This document shows, one piece after another, positions 1 through 10,700 of a stretch of 64,000 nucleotides of DNA; position 1 is the first letter of the stretch, and every line of letters starts with the position of its first letter. The stretch covers positions 18,850-82,849 of the forward strand of contig JAOAFU010000058.1 of assembly GCA_026416115.1 (NCBI GenBank), in the 5' to 3' direction. The notes under the pieces are model-generated. The model made no database searches, was not told the DNA's origin, and saw only the letters and a list, made by a program, of their open reading frames with translations. The stretch is from Bacteroidales bacterium (GTDB taxonomy: Bacteria > Bacteroidota > Bacteroidia > Bacteroidales > DTGW01). The position numbers were made by a program, and so were the translations under genes.

Positions 1-186
1 GCCTTTTAAGATAGTAAACACATCTTGTTTAACCCCGCTGCTGTTGTACCATACGTAACCCGATGCTTCCATTTGAGTTACCCAGCTAACATCGGCCCCT
101 TTTACCTGTGCCTGCAAAGGGCGAATCGACAATAGCCCCGCGGCAACGAAAGCAAGCACAAAAAACAAAATTTGTAGCTTTTTCAT
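1..186 (-). CDS. Arabinogalactan endo-beta-1,4-galactanase (GH53), first 62 codons only; the gene runs off the left edge
   Basis: Not in the ORF track because it is partial. My reverse-complement translation from the ATG at 186-184 gives MKKLQILFFVLAFVAAGLLSIRPLQAQVKGADVSWVTQMEASGYVWYNSSGVKQDVFTILKG. This is a signal peptide followed by a GADVSW..E..G..YN..G...D.F..LK opening. It parallels the GNDLSYVNQMEDCGAVY opening of the GH53 ORF at 3209-5266. Confidence 0.55.
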   Translation of the reverse strand, partial: MKKLQILFFVLAFVAAGLLSIRPLQAQVKGADVSWVTQMEASGYVWYNSSGVKQDVFTILKG

Positions 187-272
187 AGTTTTCGGTTTTT
201 AATTGGTTAGTAAATCCAATATAAAGTTAAGGTTTGCTGATAGTACTAAGCACGTGTTTTTTAGACATTTAC

Positions 273-650
273 CTATGGTTTTTTGGACAATTTGCAAGCC
301 TTTCGGTAATTTGCTGGTGCCATACCAACTATTCGTTTAAATATTTTCGAAAAATGAAGCGGGTCGTTATATCCGACTATAAAAGCTATTTCGGATATTG
401 ACAAGTCGGCTTGCTGTAAAAGTTTCATGGCGTGCTTAATTTTAATCATGGTTTTTAACTCGATTAAGCTTAAACCAGTATGTGCCTTGACTTTCCTCAG
501 CAAATTTCGTTGGCTTGTGTTTGCCACTTTAGCCATATCGCCTACAGCAAAGTCAGGTTTTTCAAGATTTTTTTCTATCTCTTCAATTATCCGCAATAGG
601 GTTAGATAGTCGCGATTGTTTTCCACCGTTAATAGGTTTTTGGGATACAA
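273..650 (-). CDS. AraC/XylS-family HTH-domain-only protein (125 aa); possibly a remnant of a longer regulator
   Basis: The C-terminal SISEIAFIVGYNDPLHFSKIFKRIVGMAPANYR is the canonical second HTH of the AraC family. The first codon (650-648) is TTG. There is an in-frame stop just upstream at 711-713, and the first in-frame ATG is codon 39. No ligand-binding or dimerisation domain is present. Confidence 0.6.
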   Translation of the reverse strand: MYPKNLLTVENNRDYLTLLRIIEEIEKNLEKPDFAVGDMAKVANTSQRNLLRKVKAHTGLSLIELKTMIKIKHAMKLLQQADLSISEIAFIVGYNDPLHFSKIFKRIVGMAPANYRKACKLSKKP

Positions 651-689
651 TTTAGTATTTGCGTCGGCGGCGACTGGGTTAGTCTTGGG

Positions 690-728
690 AATATAAAGGG
701 TTGCCCGAGGTTAATCCTCCGGCAACCC
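690..728 (-). terminator. Rho-independent terminator after the GH35 gene
   Basis: On the minus strand, GGGUUGCCGGAGG-AUUAA-CCUCGGGCAACCC forms a 13-bp stem with one mismatch. It is followed by UUUAUAUU and starts 7 nt after the GH35 stop. Confidence 0.7.
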
Positions 729-734
729 AGCTAA

Positions 735-3176
735 CTAAAAACTCACATTAACTCTATACTCGGGAGCAATGTTTACCGAATTAAGCTTTAAAAACGTTTT
801 GTTATTTTTGAAATCGGGTATAGCTGATGAAGGAAGATCTTGCAAATACTTAGCATCAGAGTATATAGGACGGAAATATAAAACCATTTCCTTTGCCGAG
901 CGGTCGATAAATTTTTTGAGGCCTATGGTCCAAGGCTGTCCATAATAAAAGTCGTCGGCTACAAGTTTCCCATCGATAAAAGCCATGGCGACATCTGCCA
1001 CATAATCGACGGTAAGATAGTAGTCGGATACATAAGGTTTCAGTTCATATAAAAATTTCAGGTTTACTTTATTATCGGAAATTTTTTCGATTTGTACATT
1101 GGAAGAAACAGTAGGTAAAGTAATATGGTAACTCTCAAATACTGATCTATGGGATATATTTACGACTGTGCCAAAATTGGATTTTGGAACATAGTTTCGT
1201 TTGGGAAAAATATCGAACGCTATCTGATTCTCACCTTTTTGGATCAACTGGATGTTATTGTCAGCATCAAGCACCAGAGCTTTAGAGATGATTAGCCGTG
1301 GGGTGTTTTTACTTCCAATAACCCAGCTGTTTTCTGCCATTTGTCGATTGATAATTAATAATTGTATTTTTTCATTCTTTAAATTAATTAATACAGGTAT
1401 TGATCCAGCATCGACAGTAACCAGCCTATTACCTTCTAATTCCATCACCTTTGCTCCTTCTGAGGTGGCAAAAGTAGATTTAGTATCAATCAACAATTCA
1501 GGTGTTATACCGTCGACAGCAAAAAAGACATAGTAGGTAGTATCGTTGTTTGTGAAACGAGTAAGTGGCTGAACAGTAGCATACAATAAGCGCGAATTGC
1601 CCAATAATTGATTAATTGGTAGGATTACATTTTCGTTACTTTTAAGGGTAAATGGTTTTTGAGGTAAAACTAATGACTGTCCGGCTATGTTGATTTTAAA
1701 CTGAACATTTGGTATATCTTTCGATTGGATATGATCCTGAAAATTTAGCATAAACAGAAAGGCCGATTTACCATCAGTGCGGATAGCATACCTTAGTTGT
1801 TGGAGGTTATCGGGTTTTATTTTTCCTTCGAAACCAGTTGGAAAATAAGACATAGGAGCCAATTCATTGCCAAAAGCATGAATGAAATGATGCAGGACTT
1901 TAAGACGCAGGTATGAATTACGAATCTGGCCGAACTCTCCGATAGGAGCTTGAAAATCGTATGAAATTTTAGGATATCCATAAGCTTCATCGGAATAAAA
2001 GGCATACTTGCCCATTGGGGAAGAACCCCCATGATACATATAATAACCGATTCCATTTGAGCCACTTCCAAGAAAGCGGTTGATCACTGCATCGAGACTT
2101 TGAGGAGGTACAGTAGGACGTCGTTCATATCTGACCATGATGCCCCCGCCTATTTCGGCTGTTAAATTAGGATAATCTTCGGGAACATATCGTACGGGTG
2201 AATAATCGGGTTCGCGGTGAAGATCTTTGTAGAGGAAAAAAGGAGAGAGACTAAGCGGTGCCCAGGTTGGATAAGGATAAGCTCCTGTAACGGGTATCGT
2301 TTCTTTTTCGATAACAGCAGCATACCCCCAGCCAGTGGCTGTAAATAGGGGAGCATCGAGACCTGCTTGTTGAGCCAGCTGTTTTAATAAGCGCATGTGT
2401 CGGTCGCCATACTCATTAAAGCTATTTTCTCGTGCCGAAGCAACCCCAACGCCGGCTTGGGTAATGCTACGATCCTGCTCGGCAGCGGTCCAATCGTCGG
2501 GTTGACCCGGATAAGTGAGTCCCCATGGCGAAGCTGAATGTTGATACTCGTTTTCGAGCTGGATACCGATTATAGGACCTCCATCACGGAAAAGCAAACC
2601 CTCCACTTGTTTAGCAATTTGTTTATACCAGCGTTCAACATACCACAGATAAAGGCTATCGTTAGAACGAATGGTTAATGGACGACCAAGCAGCCAGTCG
2701 GGTAGTCCACCATTCCGAATTTCGCCATGACAGAAAGGTCCGATACGAATAATCAGCTTCATATTATTGGCTGCACACAGCTCTACAAAGTGTCTTAAAT
2801 CCTTGTCTCCATTCCAGTCAAAGATACCCTCTTCCTCCTCGTGCATAATCCAAAATATATAGGTAGCAATAATATCTACCCCTCCAGCCTTAATTTTTTT
2901 TATCGACTCATCCCAATATTTTGCAGGATAACGAGAGAAATGAAATTCGCCCATGACTGGAATATACGGTTTTCCATTCTGAACTAAATAAAAATTATTG
3001 GCCGATAACGACTCTCCCTTATAGTTCTCGCCCCCAAGTTTTAAATGATCGCTCTTAATCTTTTTTTCGACCGAAGGAATAGTAATGGAATATAAATTTT
3101 TAGTCGTTCTTTGTGCCCACAGCACGCAACCTATTGCTTGTAATACGGCAAAAGCAATCAAATGTGATGTCTTCAT
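735..3176 (-). CDS. Beta-galactosidase, glycoside hydrolase family 35
   Basis: 813 aa with a signal peptide. The block GEFHFSRYPAKYWDESIKKIKAGGVDIIATYIFWIMHEEEEGIFDWNGDKDLRHFVELC...RIGPFCHGEIRNGGLPDWL matches the conserved GH35 N-terminal catalytic-domain pattern. It sits within the galactan PUL. Confidence 0.85.
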   Translation of the reverse strand: MKTSHLIAFAVLQAIGCVLWAQRTTKNLYSITIPSVEKKIKSDHLKLGGENYKGESLSANNFYLVQNGKPYIPVMGEFHFSRYPAKYWDESIKKIKAGGVDIIATYIFWIMHEEEEGIFDWNGDKDLRHFVELCAANNMKLIIRIGPFCHGEIRNGGLPDWLLGRPLTIRSNDSLYLWYVERWYKQIAKQVEGLLFRDGGPIIGIQLENEYQHSASPWGLTYPGQPDDWTAAEQDRSITQAGVGVASARENSFNEYGDRHMRLLKQLAQQAGLDAPLFTATGWGYAAVIEKETIPVTGAYPYPTWAPLSLSPFFLYKDLHREPDYSPVRYVPEDYPNLTAEIGGGIMVRYERRPTVPPQSLDAVINRFLGSGSNGIGYYMYHGGSSPMGKYAFYSDEAYGYPKISYDFQAPIGEFGQIRNSYLRLKVLHHFIHAFGNELAPMSYFPTGFEGKIKPDNLQQLRYAIRTDGKSAFLFMLNFQDHIQSKDIPNVQFKINIAGQSLVLPQKPFTLKSNENVILPINQLLGNSRLLYATVQPLTRFTNNDTTYYVFFAVDGITPELLIDTKSTFATSEGAKVMELEGNRLVTVDAGSIPVLINLKNEKIQLLIINRQMAENSWVIGSKNTPRLIISKALVLDADNNIQLIQKGENQIAFDIFPKRNYVPKSNFGTVVNISHRSVFESYHITLPTVSSNVQIEKISDNKVNLKFLYELKPYVSDYYLTVDYVADVAMAFIDGKLVADDFYYGQPWTIGLKKFIDRSAKEMVLYFRPIYSDAKYLQDLPSSAIPDFKNNKTFLKLNSVNIAPEYRVNVSF

Positions 3177-3208
3177 AATTTCAGCTTTTTATTAATTCCT
3201 CAAACTTT

Positions 3209-5266
3209 TCAGCTTTTTGTCAATAGTATTTTTCTAAAAAAAATCCCTTGACGTGTACTAATTTTAATCAAATAAACCTGCGAAGGCAGGTCGGAAATAT
3301 CAAGTTCATAGATATTCGGTTCAAATTCTTTGATTTTTTTTCCTAATAATGAAAAAATTTCAACACTGCAGATATTAAATGAAGTATTGTTTGATTTTAA
3401 AACAAATTTGCCATTTGAGGGATTTGGGATCACTTCCCACTGGGTAGTACGTAAATTGTGTACTTGGGTTCGAACTGAGTCGCACGAACCAAATACATGT
3501 TTTATAATGGTATCGTTGTCCGGAACAATCAGCTGTCTGTCGGTCCCCCATGCTTTTGCACAAGCAGAGGGTACTTTTTCCCGATAGTTTTGATAATTAG
3601 TCCAACTGTTGTTCCGAATAAAATAGTAAACAATTGTATCGCCTATATGAAGATTTGCAGTATAGGAATATATCATATTGGATTCGGGTGTCATTCTAGA
3701 AAAAACCCAGTTGTTGAGCGTGCCTGTTATAAACACACCGCGAGTTACATCTTGTCCCGTCATATCGACTTTAAAAGTAACTTTCGATTTTGTTTTTGGA
3801 ACGATTGGACGACACGACCCAAAGGGGAAAAAAAGTATAGTATCTTTAGCTTCAACAATATATTGTCGGATATTATACCCGCACGAATCGATCAAACTTT
3901 CTTTTGCAACAAAAGAAGAGTCCGACAGAAAAGTATATCGAATGGTATCGCCTTGTTTTAGCCAGGTAGCATAGCTAAAAGTCGAGTTTCCATGCGCTAT
4001 CATAGGAACAATTTTCTCGGCTCCTAACATTGAGATCCATAGATAAGATTTCGAGGTCGATATATTATAGGAAACTTTGAAGGTTGTTTTGAATGAAGAA
4101 TCGATATTTTGATAAAAAATAGGTTCTGTCCATCTTCCGCCGCCATTTTCCATAAAATTAGTGTTAACTGGGTCGAAAAAGGCAAGATGATCGTGCGAAC
4201 TTCCGATACCCCAAGGGGTTCGGCATGGAGTCGAAACCCAAGCAGGTTCCCAAAATATGACTCCAATGCCTCCAGCTTTCATAACTGCACGGGTATAATC
4301 GACCATATACTCGAGTTGCTTTTCGGGACAAACAGGTAAGTACTGTGGATCGGGAGTTGTAATAATGTTGGGCATTGCGTCGAAATTTGCGGTTGTCCAT
4401 ATATAACCGGTTTCGACCGCCATTACCTGATACTGAGGGAATTTTTTCCGAAGATTACGCACCGCATCACCTAGCGCTTTTATGCTATAGCCATGCCATG
4501 CATAATAATAAGAAAAACCTATAATATCAAAATCGGTTATGCCATAGTTTATGACATTCTGATACCAATCGGGAAGATTTTTAAGCCCAGCATAGTGCAG
4601 GCAAATTTTAGGATTGATGTATGATTGATTACCCACCTCTCGTATAGCCCTAAAAGCTGCATTGAAAAGTTTGGATTGTCGTGTCCAGCTATAATTAATA
4701 AGTCCACCTGCCGAGTAATCGTTGTTAAGTGTGGTATGAATCATCATACCCGGATTCGACTCGTTGCCCACTTTGACAATTTCGGGCATGAGCGTGTCGT
4801 TTCTAAGCCGTATAAGAATTTGCTTAACAAACTGATAAACCGAATCGGCCAGAAGCGAATCATTTCTGGCGACCGAAAGCCAGCTCTTTGGTACTACCTG
4901 ATGAGAAGGATCGGCCCAGAAATCTGAGAGATGTATGTCGAGCATTACCTGCATACCGTTTTGTTTGGCACGCCTAATAGTTTTTCGAACATCATCGAAG
5001 TCGTTGTAATGTTTTTTCACACCTTCGGGCTGCTTCAACGAATCCTGCCACCACGACGGGTCGTTCCATAGTCGAACCCTAACCAGATTGGTTCCATGAT
5101 CGGCAAAAATCCGAAACGGATCTTTTGGTTGCATTTTTTCTTTATACACAGCACCACAATCTTCCATTTGATTCACATACGAAAGATCATTACCAAAATA
5201 GAACTGCTGTGTCTGTGCCGACACACATAGCAATGCCAACCCGATTAATGTTGTGATTTTTTGCAT
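3209..5266 (-). CDS. Endo-beta-1,4-galactanase (GH53) with two C-terminal CBM-like modules and a T9SS C-terminal sorting domain
   Basis: 685 aa. The N-terminal TIM-barrel part (DLSYVNQMEDCGAVY...GTNLVRVRLWNDP...VKVGNE...) is GH53-like. It is followed by two ~100-aa modules (TFKVSYN...FGSC and VTFKVDMTG...FGSC). The protein ends with IPNPSNGKFVL...YLIKISTRQGIFFRKILLTKS, a Por_Secre_tail-type domain. Confidence 0.8.
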   Translation of the reverse strand: MQKITTLIGLALLCVSAQTQQFYFGNDLSYVNQMEDCGAVYKEKMQPKDPFRIFADHGTNLVRVRLWNDPSWWQDSLKQPEGVKKHYNDFDDVRKTIRRAKQNGMQVMLDIHLSDFWADPSHQVVPKSWLSVARNDSLLADSVYQFVKQILIRLRNDTLMPEIVKVGNESNPGMMIHTTLNNDYSAGGLINYSWTRQSKLFNAAFRAIREVGNQSYINPKICLHYAGLKNLPDWYQNVINYGITDFDIIGFSYYYAWHGYSIKALGDAVRNLRKKFPQYQVMAVETGYIWTTANFDAMPNIITTPDPQYLPVCPEKQLEYMVDYTRAVMKAGGIGVIFWEPAWVSTPCRTPWGIGSSHDHLAFFDPVNTNFMENGGGRWTEPIFYQNIDSSFKTTFKVSYNISTSKSYLWISMLGAEKIVPMIAHGNSTFSYATWLKQGDTIRYTFLSDSSFVAKESLIDSCGYNIRQYIVEAKDTILFFPFGSCRPIVPKTKSKVTFKVDMTGQDVTRGVFITGTLNNWVFSRMTPESNMIYSYTANLHIGDTIVYYFIRNNSWTNYQNYREKVPSACAKAWGTDRQLIVPDNDTIIKHVFGSCDSVRTQVHNLRTTQWEVIPNPSNGKFVLKSNNTSFNICSVEIFSLLGKKIKEFEPNIYELDISDLPSQVYLIKISTRQGIFFRKILLTKS

Positions 5267-5395
5267 ACCCTAGGTTATTAGATTTACTTATATGAATAAG
5301 TAATTGACTGGAAGTGGATTTTGAAATTTACTTCAAAAAAATGTGAGATAAAAACCTTCCCGACAAAAAGCCGGGAAGGGAAAGAAAACACCTAA

Positions 5396-6088
5396 CTATT
5401 CAACCATAATCTTACGGAGGTAAGTTTGTTTGCCACTGGTGGCCTTAATAATATACATACTCGAGGGGAGACCGTTTAGATTGATGTTTAGTGCTTTTTC
5501 ATTAGTCAATAAACTTTTAATTCGCTTGCCGGTAAGATCGAAAATTTCAATTTTCGAGCTGTTGGATGGGAGCAATACCGTAATTCTATCCTTTGCAGGA
5601 TTGGGGAATACGTCGAATGTAGAAGCAATAGTATTAGAAACAGCAGTTCCACTTATGCTGCCACAAAGGCCCCATTGCACATAGATGAGAGTATCTTTGC
5701 TTGGGACTACCATCCAGCGATCGCCTTTCCATTTTGCCCAGCTTGGGTTACAAATTACATCGGCTGTATCGGGATATTCGCGATAACGCTTATAATAGTT
5801 CCAATCCTGATTACCAGCACTATCCCAGCTATTAACAAGGATAAAATAGAAACTCAAGGTATCGCCCACATGGAGAGTAGTGTCGAAAATGTAGATGTGA
5901 TCGCCTAGATCTTCCATAGGACGAAATTTCCAGCTGGTTACATCACCTACCAAATAAACACCTTCAGTAGTGTCGACAGCAACACCATCGACATTAATGG
6001 CTTTGAGCTTAAAGCTCACGTTAACATTTTGTGCTATAGCGCCTAAACCAAGGCAAAGCACGAAAAGCAAGGCAGTAATTTTTCTCAT
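5396..6088 (-). CDS. Secreted CBM-like protein with a T9SS C-terminal domain, in the position usually held by SusE/F-type glycan-binding proteins
   Basis: 230 aa with a signal peptide. One module (VSFKLKA...GDTLSFYFILVNSW...YREYP...DRWMVVPSKDTLIYVQWGLC) is homologous to the two GH53 C-terminal modules. The protein ends FPNPAKDRITV...YIIKATSGKQTYLRKIMVE. It lies immediately downstream of susD. Confidence 0.6.
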   Translation of the reverse strand: MRKITALLFVLCLGLGAIAQNVNVSFKLKAINVDGVAVDTTEGVYLVGDVTSWKFRPMEDLGDHIYIFDTTLHVGDTLSFYFILVNSWDSAGNQDWNYYKRYREYPDTADVICNPSWAKWKGDRWMVVPSKDTLIYVQWGLCGSISGTAVSNTIASTFDVFPNPAKDRITVLLPSNSSKIEIFDLTGKRIKSLLTNEKALNINLNGLPSSMYIIKATSGKQTYLRKIMVE

Positions 6089-6122
6089 AGTTGTAAAATT
6101 TTAGTAATTAAAAGTTAGGTAA

Positions 6123-7694
6123 TTAGTATCCTTCGTTTTGTTGAAGTTGCCCCTGACTGTTGATAATAGCATAATCGGGTATGGGCCATAACGCAGGCCC
6201 TACATTTTTACCATATGCACTCATGTATGCATTGTTCCATTTACCCATACGTACAAGATCGAATTTTCGCAGTCCTTCGAAAAAAAGTTCATGTCCACGT
6301 TCGACAAATATGGCCTCGCGGAATGCGTCTTTAGAAGCAGTTTGAGCAGAGCTCAAAGCTGGCAAACCTGCACGGGCTCGAACTTGATTTACTAAATCGA
6401 TAGCTTCGGTTGTAGGACCAGAATTTTCGTTGATAGCTTCGGCTAAGGTTAATAATACTTCGGCATATCGAGCTATAACTATATCGTTGCCCTGAAGCGA
6501 ATTGGCGGCACCCTCATCGGGATATTTGCGAATTACGGCACCTCTTAGCTTTGTGCTATCTTTTACCGTTTTTTTATCGGTATTTGAAATGTATGAGGTA
6601 ACAAACAGATTTCGGCGAACATCTGCAGTATCGAACGACCTATAGAACTTCCACGAAGCACTCATGGCTCCTCCTGCTTGGTCACCCCAACCACCACCAG
6701 TAATCTTTATACCATCCATGTCGGTGGGATAACAATAATATGCCAGTGCATTAAAGTTTTGACCCGTTTCCTTTCCGCCAATACACGAAATAGCCCAAAT
6801 AGTTTCATTGTTTACTTCAGTTGCTTCGCGAAAAAGACTTGCATAATCGTTTACAAGCTTATATTTATTCATAGCCACTATTTCACGAGCTATTTTTTCG
6901 GCATTAACAAAATCTTTTTCGTTTAAATATAATCGCATGAGCACAACCAAAGCAATACCTTTGTTGAAACGCCCATAGTTAGCAGGCGTAACTGGCAAAT
7001 TGTTGGCTGCATAGGTTAAATCGTCAATAATGTACTGCAAAAAAGTGCTGCGATTGGGGCGTGTTAGGTCGGCTTCAGCATCGGTTCCAATTTTAGCAGG
7101 ATCGATAATAACCGGGAGGGGACCATATATGTGTAGGAGATAAAAGAGGGTCCACCCTCTGGCCATACGCGCCTCAGCAAGTAACAGTTTTTTCATATTT
7201 TCGGTAAGAACGGTAGCTTTCTCCAAATCGTCGATTATTTTAGTAAACCGAGTAATAAACCTTAATTTCTCGATATGGTGTCGCATGGCATCCATCGACC
7301 GCATAGCGGCAAAATTACCAGAACTTACGGCCTGCCAATGACCTCCCCAAAGGGTAAAAGTGGGCATAATATCAGTCGACATATCGAAAATCTCGATGTG
7401 CCCAAGTTCGGGCGAGAAAAAACCATATTCCCAACCCTGAGGATTTGATGAGGGATAACCCCACTTTCCTTCGAAAGGTACATATACTTCCATAGTATAA
7501 AGCTCATATTCCGAAGGTGTTGAAGGGAAAGTAGCAGGAGATAGAACTCCGTAAAATTCGGGGTCAAAATCTTTGGTACAACCCATGAGTCCAACCATAC
7601 CCATCAGCATCCATTTTGCCAAGCATTGAATCAATCCATTTTTTCTGATGTTATTGGCTTCGACACGATTTGTATATTTCAGAATATTTTTCAT
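6123..7694 (-). CDS. susD: SusD/RagB-family nutrient-binding outer-membrane lipoprotein
   Basis: 523 aa. It has a lipoprotein-type N-terminus (LMGC) and TPR-like helical content, is of typical length, and sits directly downstream of a SusC-type receptor. Confidence 0.85.
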   Translation of the reverse strand: MKNILKYTNRVEANNIRKNGLIQCLAKWMLMGMVGLMGCTKDFDPEFYGVLSPATFPSTPSEYELYTMEVYVPFEGKWGYPSSNPQGWEYGFFSPELGHIEIFDMSTDIMPTFTLWGGHWQAVSSGNFAAMRSMDAMRHHIEKLRFITRFTKIIDDLEKATVLTENMKKLLLAEARMARGWTLFYLLHIYGPLPVIIDPAKIGTDAEADLTRPNRSTFLQYIIDDLTYAANNLPVTPANYGRFNKGIALVVLMRLYLNEKDFVNAEKIAREIVAMNKYKLVNDYASLFREATEVNNETIWAISCIGGKETGQNFNALAYYCYPTDMDGIKITGGGWGDQAGGAMSASWKFYRSFDTADVRRNLFVTSYISNTDKKTVKDSTKLRGAVIRKYPDEGAANSLQGNDIVIARYAEVLLTLAEAINENSGPTTEAIDLVNQVRARAGLPALSSAQTASKDAFREAIFVERGHELFFEGLRKFDLVRMGKWNNAYMSAYGKNVGPALWPIPDYAIINSQGQLQQNEGY

Positions 7695-7720
7695 GGTGCT
7701 AAACTTTATTAGTTATGTGA

Positions 7721-10700
7721 TTAAAAATTTACCGTTAGGCCCAACGAATAGGTACGGGCCATTGGATAGGGTGCCGAGCCCCCCTTGACAGAGATATACT
7801 GAATTTCGGGATCGATAATTTTGAAATCGGTTATGATAAAAGGATTTTGAACATCGGCATAAACCCTGATGCTGGAAATATATTTTTTCACCGAAGGTTT
7901 GTAGGTATATCCCAAAGTGATATTTCGGCAGCGGATGAAATCTTTACTCTGAACGAAAACATCGCTTCGGGCAGTCATCCCCATCGATTCCTCATCGAAT
8001 GATGCACCTGGTAAAGTTCCATTGGGGTTATCGATTCTCCAAGCATCTTTAATGGCAGCAGTTGTACCATTTAGGTTTCCACTGCCAAAGTTCTTGGCAT
8101 TAGCCCATGCATATGCATTATTAAAATCTTTTGCTCCAAACTGGCTGTAAAAGAATATCCCTAAATCGAAGTTTTTGTATCGGAAGTTACTTCCAAGACC
8201 GACAATCAGATCAGGATCGGTATTGTACATAACTACATCGGCATTGTTAATAGTATCGTCGCCGTTGCGGTCGACAAAAATCGGACATCCGGGTTTAGCA
8301 GCCAATCCATTTCCAATAGTGTATTGCGAAGCTGGTATTGAATCGCCAATTTTGATGATCCCCTTAGTTGGATAAACATAGATAGCATTAACTGGATCTT
8401 TCTCGCCCACGTATGATTGCAATCCCATGTTCGAATATCTCTCTTCCCAACGGAATAAGTAGTGCGATACGTTGAAAATCATATCCCACTGAAAGTTCTT
8501 AGAGCTTATGTTTACCGTTTTAATTGAAAGCTCCCAACCCTGACGTATTTGCTGTCCGCCATTGGCATAAATAGTTGTTAGCATCGAAAGCTGTGGCGTT
8601 GTCTTACTATTGAGAAGGTTGGTGATCCGATCACGGAAAAGGTCAAAAGAACCAGAGATTCGATTTCGGAAAAAGCCAAAATCAATTCCTATATTTGTAT
8701 TGAGGGTTTTCTGCCACTCGAGATTTGGCAAGTCAATTGATGTAAGATAATAAGGAGTATATACAGTATTTCCATTGTCGAAATATACTTGATCGCGAAT
8801 GCCGGGACTGAATACCCCATAGGCTGCATTAATAACATTCGATGCATCGCCAGTTATACCAATACTTGCTCTAAGCTTGAGCAAATCGATAAAAGTAAAA
8901 TTCTGCATGAACGACTCTTTCGATATTTTCCAACCCAAAGCAGCTGAAGGGAACGATGCATATTTGTTATCGGGGAAAAATTTATCAATCCCATCGTATC
9001 GGTAAGTTAAGGTTATCAGATAACGGTCGAGCACGTTGATATTTGCACGAGTAAAATACGAACGTTTTTTATTTACCGATTTTGAAGAAGAGAGCTGATC
9101 GCGGTTAGGAGCTGCTCCCATATTGTAGTTGGCCATTGCATCGAGCATGCCCGAAGCCGATAGACCATTGGAAAGATACTCGGTTGTATTTTGCTCGTAT
9201 CCAGCAAGAATATCGGCCTGAATATTATCTCCCAGCTTAGGGGTAAATGTAGTGGTAGCCGAAAGGGTCTGACTCTGGCGCTGACTGTTATCTATAGCAC
9301 CACGTGCCTGGAAAAGCTGATGATAGAAAACCGTTGAGGGAACAAAAAAGTCGCGAACTGCGGTTTCGTAATTATTCCCATACAATAATCGAGCAGAGAG
9401 TGTTTTAGGTATAATTTCTACATCGAGCGAAGTATTAATAAAGAGTGTCGATTGCTGGGTTTTATCTTTAATTGTTAGCAGCGAAACAGGGTTTCCTATC
9501 AGCTGAAAACGGGTATAATTTCCGTCGGCATCTTTAACTGGCAAAAGCGTTGGGTAGGCAATTGCTGCCTGCAGCGCTCCATAACCTTGTGATCCGGAGC
9601 CAGCTAATTGATATCCCGACATACCATTGGTATAATTCGACCGACTGGCATTCATAGCAGCATTAAATTTTATCGCTTTAGACAGATAAAGCGTAAGATC
9701 GAGCTTACCAAGGTAACGGGTTAAATCGGAGTTTTGGATGGTCCCTACCTGATGAAAATAGTTCCCTGAAGCATAATATACTATGCGTTCGTTTCCTCCC
9801 GAAACATTGATATTGTGATTATCGACACTTCCCTGACGTAAGACCATACCCAACCAGTCGGTAGCCTGGGGAGGATTAGCAATAGCCGAGTCGGTATAGA
9901 GAAAAATACTTTTGGGCACACGTGGCTCGAGGCTTCCAAATGGCTTCATATTGCGGCTTGCCCAGTAAAATTCTTTATTAAATTGATTGTATAACGACAT
10001 ATATTCTGAAGGGGAGAGCGGTTCGAGATAAGGCATGTTTTCTACCAGCGAACGGCTTCCGTCGTATGTTACATTTACCGAACCCGCTTTACCCTTTTTT
10101 GTAGTAATAAGTATCACCCCATTGGCAGCCCCAATACCATAAATTGATGCACTAGCATCTTTTAATATTTCGATCGACTCTATGTCTTCGGGGTTGATAT
10201 TTGTAATACCACCTCGATTAACATTATTGAGCGAAACTACGCCACTCGAAGGATTAAGCTCGTCGGCAGGATAAGCGACACCATCGATAATTACAAGCGG
10301 ATTGCCACGACCGCGGATCGACAGGTCGATTCGACCACCAGGTTCGGCACTTTGTTGGGTGGTTTTTAACCCGGCAGCTCGACCAAAAAGCAACTGATTA
10401 ACACTATTGTTCGCCGCTTTTGGAACTTCATCGGTTTTCACTTTTGCTACCGACGTAGTAATGTTTTGGCGCGTAACTGTACCATAACCTATTACTACTA
10501 CTTCGTCGAGCGATTTTACTTCGGGTTCGAGCACAAAGTCGATTTGCGTGCGTCCCGATACCGTCTGACGCTGAGTACCGTATCCTACAAATGAACATAC
10601 CAGAACAGCATCCGACTTATCGACTCGTAAACTAAATTTACCATCGGCATCGGATATTACTCCTGTCGAGGTATTTTCGATAACGATACTGGCACCAACC

